The position numbers and the translations under genes were made by a program. This document shows, piece by piece, positions 6,643-13,884 of a DNA stretch of 16,108 nucleotides (the first letter of the stretch is position 1; each line of letters begins with the position of its first letter). A model generated the notes under the pieces. It was not told where the DNA came from. It saw only the letters and a list, made by a program, of their open reading frames with translations, and ran no database searches. This DNA comes from a virus (taxonomy: Duplodnaviria > Heunggongvirae > Uroviricota > Caudoviricetes), in the IMG/VR virus record IMGVR_UViG_3300010279_000462. One strand, given 5' to 3'.

Positions 6643-7578
6643 TTATTGCTCCCAGTCGTAAGTGGTGATAAGCTGATCCATAATATCACGCAGTTCATTG
6701 ATCCATTTTCCGAGCTCGTGCAGATAGGTCTCATCAATCTCCCAAAACCGCTCTTTCTGCACCTGATCCTTGAGTAGCCTATACAGCTCCCACATGGCAG
6801 GCTGGAACTCTTCTGGTTCAAGATCAGAAATGCCTGTTGGGTCAATGGGCTCATCCTTTACCAAGATCTCCCTATTCTCAACAGCTTTAACAAATACAAC
6901 AATAACATCCCGCATGAAGAGATTTGCAAAATAATGAGCGAGAGCGTATTCGTCCACAGTGCCGTCAAAAGGGGAAAAGGCAGCCGCAAGCATATTGTCG
7001 AGATAGTCCATAATGGGTTCATATATAGCTGGACTCCAGTCGATGTGGGCGGGCTTATCGGTATAGTGCGCCGCATCGTATTTGCTGGAAACAAATTTTG
7101 AAATCGCCTCGGCGATGAACTCTTGCCAGAACCAGTAGCCTTCCTGCTTGAGCTGGACGGCAGTGGTATCAATGCCGCGAAGTCTGTCTGCAAGGGTGAT
7201 GTTATCGAGAAGGTCTGGGTCGTTGTAGCGATGCAGATTATTCTCTTCTGAGCTGATGGCGTACCAGTGACCAAGTTCATGCCAGAGAAACCAGCAGAAG
7301 GTTTGCTCATTGTTATCAGTTATCAGATTTTGACGAATCAGAATCGCACTGCCTTTTTCGCCATGGATATACTCCATGATGGAATCCTCGGCAGGAAACT
7401 CCTTATAAGGGCAGGATACATCAGAGAGGGCTTGCTCTCTGACTTTATGGAAGTTGCGGCCGTTGGCGATATACAGTCGCGGAAGTGGAGCATCAATCGG
7501 AGGCATAATGTCCTTGAAAATATCGCATACGGCAGGAACTAGGCATTGGATTTCCAAGGCTGTGAATCTTTTTGACAT
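6643..7578 (-). CDS. Hypothetical HExxH (zincin-like) metallopeptidase-domain protein (311 aa)
   Basis: LWHELGHWY motif with downstream EFIAEA; RBS AAGGA; co-oriented within the operon. Confidence 0.65.
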   Translation of the reverse strand: MSKRFTALEIQCLVPAVCDIFKDIMPPIDAPLPRLYIANGRNFHKVREQALSDVSCPYKEFPAEDSIMEYIHGEKGSAILIRQNLITDNNEQTFCWFLWHELGHWYAISSEENNLHRYNDPDLLDNITLADRLRGIDTTAVQLKQEGYWFWQEFIAEAISKFVSSKYDAAHYTDKPAHIDWSPAIYEPIMDYLDNMLAAAFSPFDGTVDEYALAHYFANLFMRDVIVVFVKAVENREILVKDEPIDPTGISDLEPEEFQPAMWELYRLLKDQVQKERFWEIDETYLHELGKWINELRDIMDQLITTYDWEQ

Positions 7579-7594
7579 AGGTGAATCCTTTCAG

Positions 7595-7885
7595 TTACTG
7601 CCCAGCTCTCTCCACATACCATCTGCCCAACCGTCCGGTAAAGCGAGGGTCGATGTGTTCAAAGAACAGGTGTTTCTCGTGACCTTGTATAAGAACCGTG
7701 AAGCAGTCGCCGTTTGCACAGTTGTCCGCTGTGCCGGCAGGTCGAAAGTCACGGACGGTGTCGATGGGGAAAGTCCTGCCATCGGCCCATGTGATGGAGG
7801 TGGGAAGCATATAGCCGGTAGCATCGAACTCTGAGGCGACCTTCACATAGATGCGCTCAGGTTTTGTTCGTTTTGGAATTGCCAT
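7595..7885 (-). CDS. Small conserved hypothetical protein of Y-family polymerase cassettes (96 aa)
   Basis: RBS GGAGGTG before ATG 7885; sequence pattern YVKVASEFDATG..PTSITWADGRTFPID..GRWYVER recalled from Clostridial DinB-linked proteins. Confidence 0.7.
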   Translation of the reverse strand: MAIPKRTKPERIYVKVASEFDATGYMLPTSITWADGRTFPIDTVRDFRPAGTADNCANGDCFTVLIQGHEKHLFFEHIDPRFTGRLGRWYVERAGQ

Positions 7886-7902
7886 GTGGGTCACCTCCCG
7901 GA

Positions 7903-8433
7903 TTAGTGCTTGCTCCGCAGGAAGCGGTTGTCAATGTCAACAGGCAACTGGAGATGCTCGCCTCGGCGAATCAGGCTGTACATCTTGAAGGCGAAGAAAG
8001 GGGCCGGGATGCGCAGCTGCTTGGCAACGCTAAAGAAATCGGTGTTGCCGGAATGAATCAGGTCAAGAACTTCTTCGTCATCCAGAAGCAGGTCGGCGGC
8101 GAAGAAATTTGCTTCACGCTCCAGTCTCCCGGTGGCTTGATAAATGTCAAAATCCTGCATGGCCTGACAGCGGAGGTGATGGGAATGCTCAAAAATATGC
8201 CCCAGCTCGTGACCGGCAATGACGCGCTGTTCCTCATAGGGCAAGTGAGGGTTGACGGCTATGTAACGCACACGGTTCATAATCGTGGCGAAGCCGCGCA
8301 GACCATCCGCATCCAGACTGGTTGCCGGCCACAGTTTTGTATTGGGCAGCGCATCGATCAGCTCAAACGGGTCGCGTGTGCCGTATTGCTGAATCAATCG
8401 CTGTGTATCATCAAAGGTTTGAAGTTGTGTCAT
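7903..8433 (-). CDS. ImmA/IrrE-family metallo-endopeptidase (176 aa)
   Basis: QRVIAGHELGH and EREANFFAADLL motifs; adjacent to an XRE gene. Confidence 0.9.
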   Translation of the reverse strand: MTQLQTFDDTQRLIQQYGTRDPFELIDALPNTKLWPATSLDADGLRGFATIMNRVRYIAVNPHLPYEEQRVIAGHELGHIFEHSHHLRCQAMQDFDIYQATGRLEREANFFAADLLLDDEEVLDLIHSGNTDFFSVAKQLRIPAPFFAFKMYSLIRRGEHLQLPVDIDNRFLRSKH

Positions 8434-8459
8434 TCTTTCACCAACTTTCTGGAAGAGGG

Positions 8460-8888
8460 TCAGGTGTCGTTGCCTTGTCCGTTCTTCCGATACTTCTTCG
8501 GTGTGAACTTCTCCCGTGCCACTTTCTTGGAATCCATAAAGATTCGCTGCATTTCGATGGCAAACGCCGCCTGATCTTCCTCGGACAGAGAGCCGCCAGC
8601 AAACAGTTCTCTCGTCTGGCTGAGGATTTCGTTGGCCTGTGCCTGACCGCGCCGCCCGTAAAGTGCGCCGACCTCAGTCATGAACTCCTCGTTTTCGGTC
8701 ATCAGATAATTGACATCCGTATCGAGCAGTCCGGCCAGTTTTGCGTACATATCACGGGTGCGGGGATAAGTGGTGCCGGCTTCGTAACCTCCAATGGTAC
8801 GACGGGTCACGCCCATTTGCTTTGCTAGTTCCTCCTGAGACCATCCCTTCTGTGTACGGAGGTCTTTTAGCTTTTCCCCGAAGTTCAT
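8460..8888 (-). CDS. XRE-family (ImmR-like) repressor (142 aa)
   Basis: MNFGEKLKDLRTQKGWSQEELAKQMGVTRRTIGGYEAG; RBS GAAAGGAG before ATG 8888. Confidence 0.9.
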   Translation of the reverse strand: MNFGEKLKDLRTQKGWSQEELAKQMGVTRRTIGGYEAGTTYPRTRDMYAKLAGLLDTDVNYLMTENEEFMTEVGALYGRRGQAQANEILSQTRELFAGGSLSEEDQAAFAIEMQRIFMDSKKVAREKFTPKKYRKNGQGNDT

Positions 8889-8942
8889 TGCATTAGCTCC
8901 TTTCCTAAGATGCTGTTTTCCCATACTGGCTCGTGTACCTTA

Positions 8943-8971
8943 TTGACAGGAGCAATCAGTGTCGCTATAAT
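8943..8971 (+). promoter_or_regulatory. Perfect-consensus sigma-A promoter, rightward
   Basis: TTGACA (8943-8948), 17 nt, TATAAT (8966-8971). Confidence 0.85.
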
Positions 8972-8999
8972 TGGAAATGGGAAAACTGATTTCGCATTT

Positions 9000-9028
9000 A
9001 TTATAGCAATGAGAAATTTGCCTGTCAA
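9000..9028 (-). promoter_or_regulatory. Perfect-consensus sigma-A promoter, leftward
   Basis: On the minus strand: TTGACA (9028-9023), 17 nt, TATAAT (9005-9000). Confidence 0.85.
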
Positions 9029-9122
9029 GTGATAAAATGCCGAATTGGGAAATTTATTTTCTCGATTTCACACAAATGAGAAAACAGCCGTTGTGCTGAA
9101 TAAAATACAAGGAGGCGAGGGT

Positions 9123-11096
9123 ATGGACTGCTTTTCGCGGGATATGGGACCAGTCGTGCGCATGGCGCGGCCAGAGAATCCCAATGAGATAGATGAATTT
9201 ATCAATCCGTTTTGCACGGAGCTGGATGAGATCGGCTCGTTCCAGAGCTACTGCATCGGGCATTTTGAGCAGGAATGGCTGGATGGATTAGGGCAGAAGA
9301 TTGCAGAAGGTCGTGTGCCGCTTACAGAACTGCCAAGAGAAGTGAACCCTGCGGAACTCCGTCACATGGATACCGCGTACATCCAGAGGATGGAGTTTTC
9401 CCGGCTCGACCGGGAGCATTTCTATGCAGATGCAATTGTGCCGGTGGAGATAACGGTTTCGAGCTGTCGAAACGGTACATCTAGTCTGTGGAAGAAGAAA
9501 CAGTGGTATCGCCTTAGAAATCTGTTTGAAGTACAGCCGAATGGATACTCTGTGTCAGAGTGCAGCGTTTCCATCTACCATAAGGAAGAAGCCAATCCGG
9601 GTTTGCCGCTGTCTGAGTACCTGATTCCTGTTCTGGATGAAGCTGGTCTGGAGGAAGAAGCTGACCAGCTGCTGATGCTGTACTACCCGGAGGCGCTGCT
9701 GTCTGAGCCGGTGGATGGCGGTTTGCTTGCGGAACGTATGGGGCTTGAAGTTCGGACTCTCCCTCTGGCAGAGGATAAAATCATGGGCAAGTCCATCTTC
9801 TGTGAGGGAACTCTGGAAGTTCAAACGCAGCACGGAATTGAAAATGTTTCTGTTCATCCGGGAATGATCATTGTCAACAATAATTGCCAGTCCAACAGAA
9901 AACGGTACAATGATGTCCTTATCCATGAGTGCTGCCACCAGTATGAGCATGACCTTTTTGTGTGGGCGCAGACACTTTACAATGAGGATATCGTTGGCAT
10001 TGACTGCCCAATTATTCGTGGACGGTATCCGTCTCAGGGAAAATCCCCAGTCTTTTGGGCGGAGCGTCAGGCGCGGCTCATGACCTACCGGGTCAAGATG
10101 AACAAGAATGTGACAAAGGCGAGAATAGAAGAATTTCTCGAACGTTATCTGAACCAGCATCCAGACTGCTCAAGGGGTGAACAGATAGAAGCGACCGTCA
10201 ATAATCTTGCGTATTTCTTTGGAGTGTCCAAACAGTGCGCCAGAAACCGCATGGTTGAGCTGGGATTTGCAGAAGCAAGGGGTGTGCAGAACTATGTGGA
10301 TGGGAAGTATATCCCACCGTTCAGCTTTGCAAAAGGTGTATTGGAAGGCAAGCAAACCTTCCTTATCGGAGCTAAAGATGCACTGAAACTGTATGCAAGG
10401 GATGAAAAATTCCGGGAGCTGATTGAAAAAGGCTTATACATTTATATTGAGGGTCGCTTCTGTATCAATAGCCCAGAGTATGTGGTGCCAGGAAAGGATG
10501 GAAAGCCACGCCTTACCGAGTATGCGCGGCAGCATACAGAGGTTTGCTGCTTGCGGTTTGACCGGGAAAGCAAAGCGCAGGAAGTAACATATCATTGGGG
10601 TGAGCTGCACCTTGAAACCAAAGGCTCTTACCTTGTAGTAGCAGAGAACAAGAGGGTTTACGCTCCGCAAAATGCAGCTGAACCGGGGCTGTGTGACCCA
10701 TCGGCATTTGCGGCAGAACTGAAATGGTCAGTGGAAATCCGAAAAATGCTTGCCGGGCTGGACTTTGGGGAAGCCTTAAAAACACTGATGGCAGCCCGGG
10801 ATATGTCGGTAGAGAGGATGGAAAGCGAGTCGGGAATCTCTGTTTCCACGCTGAAACGCCTGCGCGCTGGGCAAGAAGCCACAGTGGAGCAGATCGTTGC
10901 AATTGCAGTGGCTTTGCAGCTCCCGCCTACGGTCAGTGGAGATTTGCTGGCAATGTGCGGTATCCGTCTGGATTACAACAGTATGAAGAACACAGCCTAC
11001 CAGCTTATTCTGGCATCGCAATACACGAGCAGCATTGAGCAGGTGAATGCTTTCCTTGAAACCTGCGGCTGCAAAGCACTCAAGACAGCTTGCTGA
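9123..11096 (+). CDS. Multi-domain ImmA/IrrE-like peptidase with C-terminal XRE HTH (657 aa)
   Basis: RBS AAGGAGG before ATG 9123; LIHECCH (HExxH) with downstream AERQA; C-terminal FGEALKTLM..SVERMESESGISVSTLKRLRAG HTH. Confidence 0.8.
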   Translation: MDCFSRDMGPVVRMARPENPNEIDEFINPFCTELDEIGSFQSYCIGHFEQEWLDGLGQKIAEGRVPLTELPREVNPAELRHMDTAYIQRMEFSRLDREHFYADAIVPVEITVSSCRNGTSSLWKKKQWYRLRNLFEVQPNGYSVSECSVSIYHKEEANPGLPLSEYLIPVLDEAGLEEEADQLLMLYYPEALLSEPVDGGLLAERMGLEVRTLPLAEDKIMGKSIFCEGTLEVQTQHGIENVSVHPGMIIVNNNCQSNRKRYNDVLIHECCHQYEHDLFVWAQTLYNEDIVGIDCPIIRGRYPSQGKSPVFWAERQARLMTYRVKMNKNVTKARIEEFLERYLNQHPDCSRGEQIEATVNNLAYFFGVSKQCARNRMVELGFAEARGVQNYVDGKYIPPFSFAKGVLEGKQTFLIGAKDALKLYARDEKFRELIEKGLYIYIEGRFCINSPEYVVPGKDGKPRLTEYARQHTEVCCLRFDRESKAQEVTYHWGELHLETKGSYLVVAENKRVYAPQNAAEPGLCDPSAFAAELKWSVEIRKMLAGLDFGEALKTLMAARDMSVERMESESGISVSTLKRLRAGQEATVEQIVAIAVALQLPPTVSGDLLAMCGIRLDYNSMKNTAYQLILASQYTSSIEQVNAFLETCGCKALKTAC

Positions 11097-11115
11097 CAAA
11101 CGAATATTACACTTT

Positions 11116-11157
11116 AGAGGCGATTGGACCACAAAATGGTCTAGTCGCCTCTTTTTT
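11116..11157 (+). terminator. Rho-independent terminator
   Basis: 16-bp stem AGAGGCGATTGGACCA / TGGTCTAGTCGCCTCT (two G-U pairs), CAAAA loop, T run. Confidence 0.85.
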
Positions 11158-11177
11158 GAAAAAATTTTAGAGGCTAG

Positions 11178-11315
11178 AGCTCATTTGGTGAGCCGCAAAC
11201 AGTCGATTGATGGCGTGTTTCAGGGGGCAAAATTCAGAGGTTGGAAAGTTGACAGCCTAAAAATGACGTAAAATCAGTGTTTTTTAAGCGCAAAACAACA
11301 GCTCAGTTGGTGAGC
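11178..11315. repeat. Two palindromic operator-like sites, AGCTCA(T/G)TTGGTGAGC
   Basis: Copies at 11178-11193 and 11300-11315, 15/16 identical, core GCTCA-N5-TGAGC; extra half-site TGAGCTG at 11324-11330. Confidence 0.7.
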
Positions 11316-11403
11316 TGGCTTGTTGAGCTGCTCTCGATTATCATGTAGTCAGTTCAAGGGACGCCCCCACAGATGGCAGTCCGGAGAACAAAAATAATAT
11401 CGT

Positions 11404-11616
11404 AAGCCCGATTCTAGAGAAGGCGAAGGATACCATAACGGAGTTTTACCTGCTGGCAGAAATCATCTGCTGGCGGCAGAACAGCCGGTCTATGGGTGTG
11501 CCTCCCATCTCTGGAATCGGGCTTTTTGCGTTTTGCAGACGGCTTCAGCTCAGATTGTGGTCCCATCCTGCCGCTCCCGTCATCGGTATCCTTCTCCCTC
11601 CCAGAGTCCGGGAGAA
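11404..11616 (+). promoter_or_regulatory. Structured 5' leader (attenuator-like) of the sigma-70-like gene
   Basis: 17-bp helix 11404-11420 / 11508-11524 followed by Ts; 10-bp helix 11425-11434 / 11585-11594; RBS-overlapping hairpin 11592-11598 / 11610-11616. Confidence 0.55.
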
Positions 11617-11627
11617 AGGACAAAACA

Positions 11628-12374
11628 ATGACGAACATGATGACTGGGGCAGTTGCAATCTACGGTGGTTACGGTGCTATGGAGACCCGCCAGCCGTTAC
11701 CACAGGCAGTGGAGAATACGGTGCAGGCGGTTGAGGAACTGGGCGTCAACGCACACATCTCTCTGCGTGAGCTGAAGAACCGCGTGGATAAGGTGCTGGA
11801 GAAGAAGATCCCCGGCTACAAGCAGCTCATGGCAATGAATCCCGAAGTCGTGGCAAGGACGATGGTGAACGGTGCAACACTGACCGCCTACACGAATGGC
11901 TATGCTACCTATGAAGAAGATGACGCACATACGGTTCTGGTCGTGGATCGCTGCGGTGACTACCGCTATGACTTCAACGATGGCACCTACGAGGTCGTTC
12001 CGGCTGAGGTGTTTGAGGATGCAGAATGGTCTGTGCGTCTGGTCATGGAAGGTGAGCGGCGTCTGGAAAGCAACCGCAATAAGATCAGCCGTGATTATGA
12101 GGACTTTGCCTTATCATGTGACGGCTCCGACTGGGCTGATGCAACCATGGTGGACTTTATGGAAGCGGAGAATGCCGAGATGCTGGCTGATGAGGAGCTG
12201 CGTAAGCTCTACGCCGCTATGAGTAAACTGACGGAACGCCAGCAGGAAATCCTCCAGCTCTATTTTTACAAAGGGATGTCGTTGCAGGAAATCGGCGATG
12301 AGCTTGGGGTGACGAAAGTTGCTGTTCACTATGCGATGCAGGTGGCTTTGAAAAAATTGAAGAAAAATTTTTGA
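11628..12374 (+). CDS. Sigma-70 region-4 family (ECF-like) factor (248 aa)
   Basis: C-terminal LYAAMSKLTERQQEILQLYFYKGMSLQEIGDELGVTKVAV; RBS GAAAGGA before ATG 11628. Confidence 0.85.
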   Translation: MTNMMTGAVAIYGGYGAMETRQPLPQAVENTVQAVEELGVNAHISLRELKNRVDKVLEKKIPGYKQLMAMNPEVVARTMVNGATLTAYTNGYATYEEDDAHTVLVVDRCGDYRYDFNDGTYEVVPAEVFEDAEWSVRLVMEGERRLESNRNKISRDYEDFALSCDGSDWADATMVDFMEAENAEMLADEELRKLYAAMSKLTERQQEILQLYFYKGMSLQEIGDELGVTKVAVHYAMQVALKKLKKNF

Positions 12375-12457
12375 AAAAACCTTAACTTTGGCTCAAAAAT
12401 CGTGCGCTTTATGAGAGGACTTCCTCTCACGAATACATTCCAAGGAGGACAAGCCCC

Positions 12458-12973
12458 ATGAATGACATCAAGAATCCTCAGAAGACCGCAATAGGCACTT
12501 CCGCCCCGGTGAGACCCCCAGGCGGTGATTCTGCTCCGAGAAAGGTCTATGTCTGCTCTCCGTTTCGCCCCACAGCAGTGAATGAGGCAGATCGGGCGGC
12601 AGAGCAGCAGTCCAACATCGAGCGAGCCCTCAAAGCCTGCCGAATTCTCTCCATGCTTGGCATCCAGCCCTTGGCACCGCATCTGTATTTCACACGCTTC
12701 CTCAAGGACGATGTGGCAGCAGAGCGGAATGCCGGAATCGAGTTTGCGCTATCGTGGCTGGAACAGGCAGACGAGCTTTGGGTGTTCGGTGACCGCATAT
12801 CGGAGGGTATGGCGAAGGAAATCGCCAAAGCCGAGGAGCTGGGCAAGCCGGTGCATACCTTGCCGGAACCCAGCAGGGTGGCCGAACTGCTCATCCAGAG
12901 CATCGCACAGAAATACAGCCTGACCGCAGATGGTCAGAAGAACAAGCAGCAGAACGCTGCAGAAAGTGAGTAA
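12458..12973 (+). CDS. DUF4406-like / nucleoside 2-deoxyribosyltransferase-like protein (171 aa)
   Basis: KVYVCSPF, PLAPHLYF, ADELWVFGDRISEGMAKEI motifs; RBS AAGGAGG. Confidence 0.75.
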   Translation: MNDIKNPQKTAIGTSAPVRPPGGDSAPRKVYVCSPFRPTAVNEADRAAEQQSNIERALKACRILSMLGIQPLAPHLYFTRFLKDDVAAERNAGIEFALSWLEQADELWVFGDRISEGMAKEIAKAEELGKPVHTLPEPSRVAELLIQSIAQKYSLTADGQKNKQQNAAESE

Positions 12974-12977
12974 CCCC

Positions 12978-13277
12978 ATGATGAACGATAAGAATGTCAA
13001 CGCCAAGGCTCCTGAGCTTCACCGCATCATCCCCGTGGTGCTGAAGGTGGAGAACCTCCACATCCATCTGGATGAGCGCAGCACCAGCAACACCTACTTC
13101 CATGGTTCGGATGAGCCGGATAAGGAAGATGTCAAAATCGACATCGAGGCCATGATCGACACCATCTGCACCAAGACCGGTTTGTGCAAGGCATCCGTCA
13201 TGATGATGCTGGACGCTCAGACCGACTATCTGGATTCCGTCTATGGCGAGGATGACGAGGTGGACGAGGATGAATGA
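12978..13277 (+). CDS. Small acidic hypothetical protein (99 aa)
   Basis: ATG 12978 follows the previous stop; codon usage like neighbouring genes; stop overlaps the next gene's start. Confidence 0.7.
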   Translation: MMNDKNVNAKAPELHRIIPVVLKVENLHIHLDERSTSNTYFHGSDEPDKEDVKIDIEAMIDTICTKTGLCKASVMMMLDAQTDYLDSVYGEDDEVDEDE

Positions 13278-13872
13278 GCTGCTGACTGGTCCCAAGAAAA
13301 TCGTGGATGGCCTGACGGAGATGTTCCGTGGCCTGACCCAGATGTGCGAGGGTATGGCAGAAGAAATCGAGCTTCTGGAGTTCACTGTCGAAGCTCCCGA
13401 TGAGGAGAAGAAGCCCCTGCCCGAAAAGGTTCTGCCGGTAAACACGGCTCCCAAGGCAGCCGAAATCCAGCATCCCCGCAAGAAGCCGGTCAAGCGCAGC
13501 CGCAAGCCGGAAGTTGTGGAGGCTCCTGCGGTGGAGGATACGCCCCCGGCGGATGCCGAGGAATCACTTGCCGCAGAAGATACGGCCCCTGCAGAGGAAA
13601 CCACCGAGGACACGGTGGATGCCGACTTCCCGGATTCTTCGGCAGACGCTCTGCCGTGGGATGAGGATACCGGCCAGAAGGCAGAAGCCGAGAAGCCCGC
13701 TGTGACCATTTCTAAGGATGAGATCACGGCGGTCATCGTGGCGAAAATCAAGCAGAAGCGCAGCAACAACGAGAAAATCGGTCAGCTGCTGAAGACCTAC
13801 GGCGTAGGTCAGCTTTCTGAACTGCCTTCTGACAAGTACGAGGCATTCCTCGCCGACATCTCCCAGCTGTAA
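13270..13872 (+). CDS. Phage-type hypothetical protein with a low-complexity acidic/Pro linker and conserved helical C-terminus (200 aa)
   Basis: Coupled start overlapping the previous stop; C-terminus EKIGQLLKTYGVGQLSELPSDKYEAFLAD resembles proteins typically found upstream of DUF2800 genes. Confidence 0.75.
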   Translation: MNELLTGPKKIVDGLTEMFRGLTQMCEGMAEEIELLEFTVEAPDEEKKPLPEKVLPVNTAPKAAEIQHPRKKPVKRSRKPEVVEAPAVEDTPPADAEESLAAEDTAPAEETTEDTVDADFPDSSADALPWDEDTGQKAEAEKPAVTISKDEITAVIVAKIKQKRSNNEKIGQLLKTYGVGQLSELPSDKYEAFLADISQL

Positions 13873-13884
13873 CGGAGGTGTCCA

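Noticed and set aside
8889-9122. LexA/SOS box upstream of the Y-family polymerase operon
   Set aside because: No GAAC-N4-GTTC is present in this interval.
11249-11274. Promoter TTGACA...TAAAAT
   Set aside because: The spacer is only 14 nt, so it is not called.
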